A DNA stretch of 64,000 nt from a virus (taxonomy: Duplodnaviria > Caudoviricetes): positions 1 through 64,000 of the IMG/VR virus record IMGVR_UViG_3300014656_000022; one strand, 5' to 3'. Below the pieces are notes generated by a model. It worked only from the letters and a program-made list of their open reading frames with translations. It was not told the DNA's origin and made no database searches. Below are positions 9,680 to 20,016 of this stretch, in pieces (positions within the stretch are counted from its first letter, which is position 1; the number at the start of each line of letters is the position of its first letter). A program made the translations under genes and the position numbers.

Positions 9680-11757
9680 TATTCTTCAAACTTCCCTATC
9701 TTCTTAGACCCACCCATGAGAGTATATTCTTCCACAGCAGGAGACAAGTTCAAGTATGCACTATTTCTTCTAAGAATTATGAGGAGATAGCACTCAGAGT
9801 ATGAAACAATGTCATTCTCTTGGTCCTCTTCCATTACAATAACATGATTTTCATTCCGCCTGATAGATAAATCTCCTGTGAGGTCAACTACTTGAAGACC
9901 TCCAACTGACGTAAAAGCCCCATATGGAGGATCTGGTCTCACTGATGTGCTAGACGCCATAGGTGTATAACTAACAGTAAAGATATCGGATTCGGATGCT
10001 CCAACAATTTGTATTTTAAATGTCATTGGATTATTATTGTTAGGAGTTTTCAGTGCAGTGGTAGTAATAGGAGAAGCTTGTCTCCACCCTATAGTAGAAG
10101 TTACATTCCCATCTAAGTTATCGATTTCAATTCCATTTCTGTAGACAATTACATCTCCATCTCCTTCGCCGCCATAGTCACAAACTGTGTAGAACATTGT
10201 CTGTCCTACGTCATTTATTGCTGCAGATGTTGTACTCTTCTCTGTGAGAAATAGTCTCTCATGGTGAATTCTAGTGGTTGCAAGAGGAAGAATGCTAAAC
10301 CTGATAGTTCTAACTAGAATACCATCTGCGTTATAATCTCTCTTTACTATCCAATATTCAATACTCCCTAGATAAATATCGTCATCATCTCCATCGTATG
10401 TAGTGCTTGTATACTCTATCTCTCCTGAGAGAGAACTAATGACTGGTCTACTCTCTAGTGTCTTGAGACCTAGATTGCTCTTTCCTTCTAGTCTGAGAGG
10501 AGTAGATACATATACTCCAGTATCTCTATATCTAGCTAACCCTATATTAATATTGTCGAAACCAGTAGTAAAAGCATATCCTGTGTAGACTTGAGCTTCT
10601 TCCTTAGAGATTTTAGCTAAATCCTTACCTTTCTTGGAGGAGATAATATCTGAGAGATTGTCTGAGATTCCAGATAGCTTCATCATTCCTTCATTCCTAG
10701 AAGGAAGCTTATCTTCTACTCTCATTAGCTGGTTAAACAATGTGTCATTCTGAAGATGTTGTAAGCTTTCGAGTCTTCCATTCTCGTTTCTAAAGACGAG
10801 AGTAATTTTTCTAGTAAGGATTTTCCTTGTCTGAACACCTATCGACCCCTCAAAATAAATATCTGGTTCTGAAAGAATCTTTGTTATTCCATCACTATCA
10901 AGGAAATAAATGCTCTCTAAATAAAGCCCTTGTTTAAGGACTGGTTCAATCTGAATCCAGTTAATCTCTCTCTTTATTCCTAGGTCCAACTCTAGCTTTA
11001 TATTGATGCTCTTCTGGGTATTGGTAAAATATACTGATTGAATCCAGTAGGTTCCTTTGATTCTGTCAATAACATTCTGAAGCTTAAGTGTTGGGCTCTC
11101 AAAGATAGCTTCACTCTGTGGTGTATCTGCGTCAAATATTTGTCTAATGGCAGATATAGAATAGGTCTCCTGACTCTCTGTAGCAAGCAGTAATCTCTCC
11201 CCAGTTAGGTCTATGTAGGCATCGTAGCTCGAATCGATAGTTTCTTTTGACCTCGGGTCCAGGAAAAGAGTTTGATTCTCCTTCTTTCTGGGAGTTCTTT
11301 CTAACCTGCTTTCGCGAAATGTCGTGAACACTGAAGACCCAAACCCATAGGTGTTACTACCAAGAGTCTCATAGAGAGATATCTTGCTCTCAAGCTCTGC
11401 TACTCCTGCTCGAAGATTCTTGAGGATTACATCTCTAACAATAGCTTCATGAGCTTTTTGGACTTCATCAATCTTGTTGGCTTCTTCGAAAGCTGCCGAG
11501 AGATCGTCTTCTACTCGGTCTAGCATATAATTATGCTTCTCAGAACTAATAGTCTCACCTGGACCTACAGGAAAGACTTGTAGTGTAGGTTGTAGAATAG
11601 TACTAGTCAGTTCTCTAATGAGTCCTTCTAACCTCTGTGTAAACTCATCTACAGTACGTATTTGGCCAGCATTCTTCTTTCTATTGAGGAGCTTAATAAT
11701 CTGATCGGCTTGTCGCTTTCCAATGAGTCCATTGAACTTATCTAGGTATTCTGCCAT
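9679..11757 (-). CDS. Baseplate/virion structural protein (692 aa)
   Basis: Coupled ORF (TAATG overlap); N-terminal SSEKHN...DDLS motif shared with neighbours. Confidence 0.6.
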   Translation of the reverse strand: MAEYLDKFNGLIGKRQADQIIKLLNRKKNAGQIRTVDEFTQRLEGLIRELTSTILQPTLQVFPVGPGETISSEKHNYMLDRVEDDLSAAFEEANKIDEVQKAHEAIVRDVILKNLRAGVAELESKISLYETLGSNTYGFGSSVFTTFRESRLERTPRKKENQTLFLDPRSKETIDSSYDAYIDLTGERLLLATESQETYSISAIRQIFDADTPQSEAIFESPTLKLQNVIDRIKGTYWIQSVYFTNTQKSINIKLELDLGIKREINWIQIEPVLKQGLYLESIYFLDSDGITKILSEPDIYFEGSIGVQTRKILTRKITLVFRNENGRLESLQHLQNDTLFNQLMRVEDKLPSRNEGMMKLSGISDNLSDIISSKKGKDLAKISKEEAQVYTGYAFTTGFDNINIGLARYRDTGVYVSTPLRLEGKSNLGLKTLESRPVISSLSGEIEYTSTTYDGDDDDIYLGSIEYWIVKRDYNADGILVRTIRFSILPLATTRIHHERLFLTEKSTTSAAINDVGQTMFYTVCDYGGEGDGDVIVYRNGIEIDNLDGNVTSTIGWRQASPITTTALKTPNNNNPMTFKIQIVGASESDIFTVSYTPMASSTSVRPDPPYGAFTSVGGLQVVDLTGDLSIRRNENHVIVMEEDQENDIVSYSECYLLIILRRNSAYLNLSPAVEEYTLMGGSKKIGKFEE

Positions 11758-12212
11758 TAGATACGTTCCTCACTAATATACCAAGATATTCTCCCAGTCT
11801 GGACATCTAATTCTAGACAAAGCCATTTCCATAGATCAGCTGTAGTAAACTCATAGACACAAAACTCTTCATAACCAAGATCAAGATCATATAGGAGACT
11901 CAAAACTGTTTCGTCCTCTGTTTCAAACGCGATGAGATAGTTGTCCCGTGAGAGAATCTCTTTCTCTATTCTCCTCTTAGTAAAATGTCCTGCAGATGTA
12001 AATAAAGGTACTTCCCAAGTGTCTGATTGCCAATAGGTTCCATCTCCTAAAATAGAGAGACTCTTCCCTTGATGACTAAGAGACACTCCATTCATATTGG
12101 TTAATCTACCGCCCTGCCAAGTAGCTTTACCAGAACTAACTAAGTGATCGAACCCTTCTTCAACTGTTCCATCGTCAAAGTGCTTGATCCACCCATTAAG
12201 AGGTATAGACAT
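11757..12212 (-). CDS. Hypothetical protein (about 151 aa)
   Basis: Fills the gap between coupled genes; start moved to ATG 12212 (MSIPLNGW) to reduce overlap with the upstream gene. No family recognised. Confidence 0.55.
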   Translation of the reverse strand: MSIPLNGWIKHFDDGTVEEGFDHLVSSGKATWQGGRLTNMNGVSLSHQGKSLSILGDGTYWQSDTWEVPLFTSAGHFTKRRIEKEILSRDNYLIAFETEDETVLSLLYDLDLGYEEFCVYEFTTADLWKWLCLELDVQTGRISWYISEERI

Positions 12213-12744
12213 AAGTGAGCTTACTCTTGAATTGCCGTTCACCGAGAACTCCTTCATCTGAGGGAACACTAACCCTACATTTAAAGCTAGGCCAAGTAGT
12301 ACAATCAGCTGGAATGACACCATCTGCTGGCATTGAAGGAGTAGAGTTCATACTTGAACTCAAGAGAACTCCATTAGCTGAACTATCGCCCCTACTAGTA
12401 CAAAAGACGCTATAGTCATTATCATACTTAGAGCTAACAGTAGGCCACTTCCCGGATGGAAAGCTTCCTGCTGCATCCATATTAACCTGGAAACCACCAA
12501 AAGCTCCTGCGGTTTCCCCATCTCCCCAGGAGAGAAGCTCTATGAGGTCTAGAGCAGCAGTAGAGTCACCTGTATATCCAGAATCTACAGCAGAAAGAAA
12601 TAGCCTACAGTTAGAAAGTTGGTAGTCCCCATCATGCTCAATAGAGATAGTTTGAACTGTAGTGGTACTTCCTGCTCCTGCAGTTCCGTGATCAATACTA
12701 GTTATAGCTACAGCACTGACCTTCCATGTTATATTAACTGCCAT
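12196..12744 (-). CDS. Small beta-rich virion structural protein (182 aa)
   Basis: GGAG SD and ATG; S/T/G-rich beta-sandwich-like composition; loosely resembles 62195..62614. Confidence 0.55.
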   Translation of the reverse strand: MAVNITWKVSAVAITSIDHGTAGAGSTTTVQTISIEHDGDYQLSNCRLFLSAVDSGYTGDSTAALDLIELLSWGDGETAGAFGGFQVNMDAAGSFPSGKWPTVSSKYDNDYSVFCTSRGDSSANGVLLSSSMNSTPSMPADGVIPADCTTWPSFKCRVSVPSDEGVLGERQFKSKLTYVYTS

Positions 12745-12752
12745 TTATTCTC

Positions 12753-15029
12753 CTATACAACTGCAAAAACATTAGTAATTCCAGAGTCTTGCATACTAAT
12801 AGATGGAAGAAATATTTTTGCTTTGATCCTTCGTACAGTCTCTGCTTCTACTCCTCTAGCTCCAATCTCTAAGGGTCCTATCGCTTGAGTTACTAGAGGT
12901 TGAAATGTATCTCCATCCATTTTACCACCGATAACAGAGATATAGTAGATGACATTCGGAGTTAATCCAGTGATTTGACAGGAGTTCCCATTATCTATAT
13001 GAACAATTGGAGTAAGGTTAGCTAGAGACCAAGCTCCTGTATTCTGAGTTGAGGTATAGACTTGATAAACTATATCATCTATATTTCCGTATCCAGTCCA
13101 GTAAAGAGTTATTGCCCCCGTGCTAAAAGAAAGATTAGTGATATCTATTTCGATACCATAAGCCCTAACTACTGGATAGACTCCTAATGCTGTATGTCTT
13201 TCTACTACACTCCTTACTTGTCCCATAGTAAAGGTTCCACCAGCTTCTTCTAGAACTGTTACCGGTACTTCTATTAAGTATGAAGCATTACCAGGATATG
13301 GGGTGCCGTCGTAGTTGGATAAATCCCAGAACCATCCTACATCTTCCTGAATATCTTGAGCTTCTCCAAGGAAGTTAACATTGATTCCTCCTCCTCTTCT
13401 CCTAGAATCAATAATAGTTAAGCTGTCAATGCCTTGAGCTTCCCCTATACTTACTGTTCCTAGGACTAAGAAGATACCATCTCCCTCGGTGGAATATTCG
13501 TCAATAAAAACCTCATAGCTTGAGTCATCTAACCAAGTAGGTTTTGCTTCAAAGTAAAGAGTTTTCCCTCCTATAGTCTGGGTAGTATTGTCAAAGCTTG
13601 TCCAATTGCTCTCTGTGACCTTCCCATACTCATTCAATTTCAAGTAGTAGAGAGTCTGTGTCCTAGTTGTTAAAATGGTGTCTGGATAGATAAAGAAGAC
13701 TACTGGAGTAGTTTGGATGCTTCTATTTTGAATCGGGTTAAAGTTAGCTAGGGTAAACTCATATGCTGTTTCTTCATAGTTATATGAAGCAGTTATCTCA
13801 TAGTCCTCACTAAGAGTTAATCCATCGATTAGAACAAATCCTTGTCTATAATCTACGGACCGAATTCCTACTTGACTGGTCTCACTCCAGATTTCATAGG
13901 TAGCTCCATTAGAAGCTATTTCTCCTTCCAAGCTCAAATCTGTCGTATATGCAGCTAGAGCATCTCCATCTTCATCATCTATGAGAATGGTCAACCAGAG
14001 GTCTTCTACTTCGTCTTCATGAACTAAGTCATGGTCTAGCTTTAGAAGAGAAGACGATAGGACATTCGGTGTTTCAGTTGATTGTTTATATGGATAGAGA
14101 GGAGACCAGCTCTGGGTTAGAAACTCTGCTATGTGATACTTATAGAGATTCCCATCACTTAGAGTAGCGAAGAATGAACCATTTGAGACCTTTATATACC
14201 AAGGATCAGCTGTATCACTCCCTGCTGGAGAAAGAATCCTCAATCTAGCAGAATTCCTAGTCTTGTAAGCATAGTCTCCTATCCCAGGTAGATAGATTTC
14301 ATACGTATTCTCTAACTCATTAATAAGATAAACTTTTCTCCCGTCCTGGATAATCTCTAGGTCTTCGTCTAAGTCTTCATAAGATGCAATCCCATATATA
14401 GGTTCGCTGGACAATAGGTCTGTATATGTATAGATAACTCCGTCTATTCTAACGGTATATCTAATGAAGTAGACTATATAGTCTGTAGAAGATACGAAAC
14501 TATTCTCCAGGTTTGAATAGACTATTCCCTTTGCATAATCAATACTGGTTTCAAACACTTCTGTCTGCTGTTGATATTCGTCCAAGATAGAAATAGATAG
14601 GAGAGACACTCCACTAGCAGTGGTAAGGTCTATATCACTAACTCGTTGAACTCTATCAGTGCTGATTACATGCTTGAAGAATAAAGGAGTTCCTTCGCGC
14701 GTGGAGAGACTATCAGTGAATACATCTGTAACTAAAAAATTAAGTGTATGTATCTCAAAATTATTGTCCGAAGAAATAGTTCTATATTCAGGTTCAAATT
14801 CTCTATTTGGAAAGAGAGATGTAGACCTATCTGAGATAGATAAATTGTTAGCTACTTCTACAGCTGTTCCAGCGACATAAGCAATATTAGCTTTACTTGA
14901 AGATACACTTTCTCTAAAAAGTGGGATACCTCTTCTCTTAGTAATATTTAGAAAACAATCTGTATCAATAGTCTTCTCTACTGAACTAATTTCAAAAGAA
15001 TGTGAGAGACTAGATACTTGAATTGGCAT
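12753..15029 (-). CDS. Baseplate protein with C-terminal fibronectin type III-like domain
   Basis: C-terminal LYWTGY...YQVY...ITGLTPNVIYYISV FN3 pattern; position among baseplate genes. Confidence 0.6.
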   Translation of the reverse strand: MPIQVSSLSHSFEISSVEKTIDTDCFLNITKRRGIPLFRESVSSSKANIAYVAGTAVEVANNLSISDRSTSLFPNREFEPEYRTISSDNNFEIHTLNFLVTDVFTDSLSTREGTPLFFKHVISTDRVQRVSDIDLTTASGVSLLSISILDEYQQQTEVFETSIDYAKGIVYSNLENSFVSSTDYIVYFIRYTVRIDGVIYTYTDLLSSEPIYGIASYEDLDEDLEIIQDGRKVYLINELENTYEIYLPGIGDYAYKTRNSARLRILSPAGSDTADPWYIKVSNGSFFATLSDGNLYKYHIAEFLTQSWSPLYPYKQSTETPNVLSSSLLKLDHDLVHEDEVEDLWLTILIDDEDGDALAAYTTDLSLEGEIASNGATYEIWSETSQVGIRSVDYRQGFVLIDGLTLSEDYEITASYNYEETAYEFTLANFNPIQNRSIQTTPVVFFIYPDTILTTRTQTLYYLKLNEYGKVTESNWTSFDNTTQTIGGKTLYFEAKPTWLDDSSYEVFIDEYSTEGDGIFLVLGTVSIGEAQGIDSLTIIDSRRRGGGINVNFLGEAQDIQEDVGWFWDLSNYDGTPYPGNASYLIEVPVTVLEEAGGTFTMGQVRSVVERHTALGVYPVVRAYGIEIDITNLSFSTGAITLYWTGYGNIDDIVYQVYTSTQNTGAWSLANLTPIVHIDNGNSCQITGLTPNVIYYISVIGGKMDGDTFQPLVTQAIGPLEIGARGVEAETVRRIKAKIFLPSISMQDSGITNVFAVV

Positions 15030-15030
15030 C

Positions 15031-17073
15031 TTAGGCTACAACTGTTATCTCTTTCCAAGCTGTACCATTATAGTAATAAAGTTTGTGGTCTGTTCCATTC
15101 ATGTAGATGTCTCCTTCTGCTGGAGAAGTAGTAGGAGCAGCAGCCTGTGGATGAATATGTAGTGCAGCCCTTCCACTAGCTGCACCAGAAGCATGACCTG
15201 TAAAGTATCCTCCATAACTAGTACTAGAATGACCATATACTGCATAACTATTCACGCTGATACCTTCAACTCCAAAGGATGTACCAGTAGCTCGTACTCC
15301 AATTCCCCCACTGGCAGAAAAGTCGCCTCCAAGGGATACCCCCTGAGCAAAAACAGCTATATCAGCAGTAGAAATTGCATGAATACCATACTGTAGACCT
15401 GTTGTATATATTCCTGAACTCAAGGCAGCGCTAGCATAGACTCCATACTTCCCAGCAGCAGTTGCGATTCCAGCAACTCCTCCTCCTACAGTAGAGTATC
15501 CATAGACTCCATATTTTGTAGCAGCGGCGGTAGTTCCATATATGCCATAATCACTTGTACTATTTGCTGTAAGAGTAGGCCAAGTAGCTCCAGAAAGCTC
15601 GGTAATTACTACCCCAGTAGCATTACTGTAATAAATGCTGGCTCCTGTAATATCTCCAAAATAGATTTTAAAACTATCATCAGTACAAGTTGCATCTAAG
15701 TAACTATCTGCTCCACTTGTATCTGCATTGGCTAATAGAAGATGACCAAGCATTGCATTGTTATAGACATCCCTCTTTGTTGCCGCAGAAGTAGAACTTC
15801 CACCACGGCTCAGAAGAGAGGTATGAATATCATCCGCCCATCTTGAAGGAGGCCAAACGGGTAGATAGTCTGGATATCTAGCTGTATGACTAACATAGTT
15901 AGTATCAGGAGGATTCCTATTAGTTAGGTCATTATGACTAATGGTTGAGTCTAAGGTAGTCCCTTTATTGTGCTGATGTTTAAACATTGCAGCTCTAACT
16001 TGCCAGAGAGACCTAGTAATTGGAGAGCCACAACAAATAAGAACTAAATCAGAGCTTTCATAGTTAGCCTTAACCTCTGTATCTGTATCTAGGGCATCAA
16101 AGTCAAAGCTACTAGAAGATATCTCTAGAGCATAATCTGCATGAGCATAACCAGGATCTGGTTTATAGAAAGATACCCCTTCAATAATAGTATCTTCTGC
16201 CGTACTCCATAGATAGAGGAACCCAGGAGGTAATTCATCTCCAGTAGACATAGTACTCCACACGTCTTGGATTTCCTTAGGAAGAGAATAGCGATAGTAG
16301 GCATCATCTAGAGCAGAAGTAGCTACTCCACTCTGCCAAAGATAGTTATCCCCTCCAATTGCTGTAGCTATATTCGCAGCATGATAAGTAGCTAATGGAT
16401 AATTAGCTGGTTTATCTGGCTCGCTATCTAAATCAATTGGACATCTAGGAGGAAGGATTGCATAATAAGTTGTTCCATCTTTCTCAATTCTTAGGTTTAT
16501 ATATGTAGTCTGTCTAGGATCCGGGATAACAGAAGGAACTACTTCCTGGCCCAAATCCCATTCATTTACTGTATCTACAGTATATGCAAGGACTTCTGTC
16601 CCATCCATTGCAGCTGCAGAGTGGAACCTGCCTGTAGAGTCATCTATATAATAGTTTCCACCACTTACAGCATCAAACTCACTGGTCTTTCTATCTCCTG
16701 AGAAACCTGTTCCTCCAGTAGTAACAGTAACGGTTCCTCCAGTGTCAGGGGGAAAGAGAAGATATCCATCTGTTTCAGTATCAAACCTATCTCCAACAGC
16801 ATCATTGTAAACAAAGGCTTCAGTTGGTGGATATAGATTAGGAATTAGATAACTAGCTTGTCCTATCATTCTAGCCAAGTTTGAGAGTTGTAGAGGATAG
16901 TTTGTAGATAGGATAGCATCCCCAGACTGATTCCAAGGGTCTCCAATGGCCTTCTCAAGAATGTTAGTGCCATTACGAGCTTGCTCTGTAATTGCATTTA
17001 GCTTAGCAGCTGTGGGTCTCTCCCCGTCTCCATGAGTAATCCTGAGAGGAAGTACTTTCCGCATTTTATCCAT
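15031..17073 (-). CDS. Tail fibre/tailspike-like protein with Gly/Ala/Tyr-rich C-terminal repeats
   Basis: AGGAG SD; repeats YGIYG, YGVYG, YGVYA, YAVYG, YGGY; ends in GDIYMNGTDHKLYYYNGTAWK, a common fibre-terminal motif. Confidence 0.65.
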   Translation of the reverse strand: MDKMRKVLPLRITHGDGERPTAAKLNAITEQARNGTNILEKAIGDPWNQSGDAILSTNYPLQLSNLARMIGQASYLIPNLYPPTEAFVYNDAVGDRFDTETDGYLLFPPDTGGTVTVTTGGTGFSGDRKTSEFDAVSGGNYYIDDSTGRFHSAAAMDGTEVLAYTVDTVNEWDLGQEVVPSVIPDPRQTTYINLRIEKDGTTYYAILPPRCPIDLDSEPDKPANYPLATYHAANIATAIGGDNYLWQSGVATSALDDAYYRYSLPKEIQDVWSTMSTGDELPPGFLYLWSTAEDTIIEGVSFYKPDPGYAHADYALEISSSSFDFDALDTDTEVKANYESSDLVLICCGSPITRSLWQVRAAMFKHQHNKGTTLDSTISHNDLTNRNPPDTNYVSHTARYPDYLPVWPPSRWADDIHTSLLSRGGSSTSAATKRDVYNNAMLGHLLLANADTSGADSYLDATCTDDSFKIYFGDITGASIYYSNATGVVITELSGATWPTLTANSTSDYGIYGTTAAATKYGVYGYSTVGGGVAGIATAAGKYGVYASAALSSGIYTTGLQYGIHAISTADIAVFAQGVSLGGDFSASGGIGVRATGTSFGVEGISVNSYAVYGHSSTSYGGYFTGHASGAASGRAALHIHPQAAAPTTSPAEGDIYMNGTDHKLYYYNGTAWKEITVVA

Positions 17074-17094
17074 TTAAAATCTCCTAAAATTAGG

Positions 17095-17127
17095 CATCTT
17101 ATTAGATTTTTTGTCTAAATAAAGATG
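17095..17127. promoter_or_regulatory. Imperfect inverted repeat in the longest intergenic gap (93 bp)
   Basis: CATCTT-A-TTAGA...TCTAA-ATA-AAGATG; function unknown. Confidence 0.4.
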
Positions 17128-17166
17128 TTTGAGTTTTTCTTTTGTTATTTGCAATTTGCTCACCTG

Positions 17167-20016
17167 CTAAACTCCATAATATCCCGAAGTAGTGTCATCA
17201 TTATTTGGGTCCAAGTACGTCACAGAATCAAGTACTGACGCCATAGTTATATTACTATCTCTCAATCTAAATCCAAGTGGGATATCGGCTGGAAGAGCCC
17301 CTGTTACCCAACTATGAATGAGACTGTATCCTGCCTCATCATGTCCCTCTACATCTCCTACTCTAGTTCTTCTATACCAGTTTAGATAGGTCTCTGTAGG
17401 ATTAATCCCAGAAGCTAATTCAAACACACAAGCATCTGTATTTTGTGCTTGCATATAATCTGAATTATCTTGATCATCTACGTCTAAATGGGGGTCTGTG
17501 AGATGTGGACTCCCAGTCCAAGAACCTAAGGTAGTTGTAGATATAGGATATAGTGCTTGCTCTGCTAGCTTCCCATCTGCAGATTGGCCAATAATAAGTC
17601 TAATCCATCCTACGAGCGCGCCATCTTCTGCCCAGCCAACTCCATCTGCGCCTGCTGCTCTTACTTTTAAAATCAGAGGTTGAGTGTAATCAATTTCATC
17701 TATTGAGCTTTCAGGAAGGAACCCAGAGACTGTAATTCTGTCGTTACTATCTATATAGTTCCATCGACGTGTGTAGATTGGGCTTCCACTAAGACTTCCT
17801 ATATACAAATCTGCTACCAAAGAACAATGGCTAACTACTCCTGGTAACTCATCATGAAACATAGAAGCTTCTATCCAGTGAGGAACATACTTCCTAACAA
17901 TACGTTCCTTGAGATAAGTCTCATAATTATCAGCTACTCCAGAGGTTGCATCGATCTGATCGTCCGAAAAATCATTTAAGTTCCGGGGTTTCAAGAGTAG
18001 ACCACTGGGAATATCATTGAGAACATCAGCATAATAGGTTCCATCTACCGTATCTGGAAGAGCTACCATCATATCTACAGTATTAGAATAGACTCTTCTT
18101 CCAGTTCTAGGGTTTTGCGCAGAAGCTCTAATACTAGCTAGAGCATTCCCTACTAGCATATAGGACTTAGTATTGCTAGCGGGAGGAATAGGTAAAACAG
18201 TCCCTGTGTAAGTTACTGTTCCTGCAGATAGACCACTAGCAGTATCTGTAGAGATTAGAGAAGGATATAGAGGAACAAATGGATATGGCGCTGGACCAGA
18301 GTCTCTCTCCCCCGTCAGTGGATTGATAACATCATCTCTATCAGAAGTAAGAATAATTGTCTTCTTGCCAGTAGTTAAGTCTCCAAGCTCATATGAAGCT
18401 ATTCTGCCTAATTCTCCTAATAATCTATGAGTTTGTTCCCAGTCTACATCTGCAGTCCCTCCAGTAGTTATATCTTCTCCGTCAATCCAGGCTTGATAGT
18501 AACCACTGACTTCGTCTGCCGGAACACCTAGAGTAGGATCATCACTATGGACCTTATAGAGACAAATACCACTTACCACTGTAGCTAACTCAATCCCGCT
18601 GACAATAACTTCTGTGTCTCCTCCATCTACTGAAACAGTGTCTGTATAGAAAGCTATATCATCTACTAAAGTAGGAGGGTTGTAGATAACTATTGCTTCA
18701 CCATCTGGGTCTGTCTGAGCAGTTATTTCAGTTTGGCTACCTCCAAATGTTCCAACTGCTGGAGCAATCACCTCAAAGACAACATCTGTTCCCTCTAGAA
18801 CAGTCCCTCCACTATTCCTGACTGTAGCTGTAAAAGTGCCAATATTGTTGCCAAGATAGATGAGATAGTAATCTCCGGATAGAGACAAGTCAGTATCTAG
18901 GGTAACAGAAGCAGGTTCTTCTATATCTGTGGAGAGAAGGATAAAGCCTCTATGACTGTGATTATGTAATGGATGAACATCAGCTGTAGAGCCAAGAATA
19001 TAGTCTCTTCCAAAGTTTGGTTCATATTGAACAGCTGGAACCGTAGTGTAATGAATTCCTATTCTAGAACCTATGGAAGGGACTATCCCTGACCCACTAA
19101 AATCAGTTGGATCATAATTCCCGAACTCAAGAAGGCCATAATCTGAGTCTATCTTTACTTCGTAACCAGTTAGAGAGAAGTCCTCATAACCACTAATAAT
19201 ATCCCATTGAGTAGGAACAGCAGGGTCTAACCAAGACCAGACCTCATGTGTTTCCCAAGTATCAACAGGAGAGTATTTTATTCTAAATCCTTGATTCTTT
19301 CCTCCATCACTGATTCCCACTATTTCTAGGCCAGAGATTTGTTCTATTCCCTCAGGAGTGCCAGTAACAGTTATTGGAACACCTATAGTCCTGGAGAAGT
19401 TACTACTCAACCAGAGCCTATAGGGAGAATAGTCTGTATCTATTATAAATTCTGGCTCAATTCCAGATGTAGTAAATTCTACTTTCTTGGCAAAATCTTG
19501 GTCTATGAGATGTCTTCCAGTAGAAGAGTCAAATCTATATCTTCTAATATGTAACGGTATCCCTGTTTTCGGAAGATAAGATAAGTCCAAATATTGCATA
19601 CCACTAACAACATTCTGGGCTCGAAATAATTCAGTTTGATAATCGTCACTATGAAAATACCACTCCTTGTCAAAGATGTAGTAATGTCCATGAGTTAGAC
19701 GAGGGACCCATAACTCAGTATTATCAAGACTATATCTTTCTATGTTCTGAAGAAGAAGATCATCTCCATCTCCATATCCAGATTGCCAATAGTCTTCTTC
19801 TAACCCCGATACAGATGGATCCCAGAGAGAAGAGATATATGCTGAACCTTCTATTTCTCTCGTTGTTGGCCACGTTCGAATATCCCATTTCCATCCTTCT
19901 ACTAACTTATTAGACCCTGGATGTTCTTTAGTAGCCCAAGGAGAGTCTACTCCAATGGTCCTATCAGATACAAATTCGATTACATGTAGTAGAGTATCTG
20001 TATCAACAATAGTCAT
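17167..20016 (-). CDS. Baseplate wedge-type protein with Big-1/invasin-like Ig domain (949 aa)
   Basis: FTATVRNSGGTVLEGTDVVF...AQTDPDGEAIVIYNPP Ig-like pattern; GLLEFG...GIVP...IGIHY baseplate-type motif. Confidence 0.6.
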   Translation of the reverse strand: MTIVDTDTLLHVIEFVSDRTIGVDSPWATKEHPGSNKLVEGWKWDIRTWPTTREIEGSAYISSLWDPSVSGLEEDYWQSGYGDGDDLLLQNIERYSLDNTELWVPRLTHGHYYIFDKEWYFHSDDYQTELFRAQNVVSGMQYLDLSYLPKTGIPLHIRRYRFDSSTGRHLIDQDFAKKVEFTTSGIEPEFIIDTDYSPYRLWLSSNFSRTIGVPITVTGTPEGIEQISGLEIVGISDGGKNQGFRIKYSPVDTWETHEVWSWLDPAVPTQWDIISGYEDFSLTGYEVKIDSDYGLLEFGNYDPTDFSGSGIVPSIGSRIGIHYTTVPAVQYEPNFGRDYILGSTADVHPLHNHSHRGFILLSTDIEEPASVTLDTDLSLSGDYYLIYLGNNIGTFTATVRNSGGTVLEGTDVVFEVIAPAVGTFGGSQTEITAQTDPDGEAIVIYNPPTLVDDIAFYTDTVSVDGGDTEVIVSGIELATVVSGICLYKVHSDDPTLGVPADEVSGYYQAWIDGEDITTGGTADVDWEQTHRLLGELGRIASYELGDLTTGKKTIILTSDRDDVINPLTGERDSGPAPYPFVPLYPSLISTDTASGLSAGTVTYTGTVLPIPPASNTKSYMLVGNALASIRASAQNPRTGRRVYSNTVDMMVALPDTVDGTYYADVLNDIPSGLLLKPRNLNDFSDDQIDATSGVADNYETYLKERIVRKYVPHWIEASMFHDELPGVVSHCSLVADLYIGSLSGSPIYTRRWNYIDSNDRITVSGFLPESSIDEIDYTQPLILKVRAAGADGVGWAEDGALVGWIRLIIGQSADGKLAEQALYPISTTTLGSWTGSPHLTDPHLDVDDQDNSDYMQAQNTDACVFELASGINPTETYLNWYRRTRVGDVEGHDEAGYSLIHSWVTGALPADIPLGFRLRDSNITMASVLDSVTYLDPNNDDTTSGYYGV

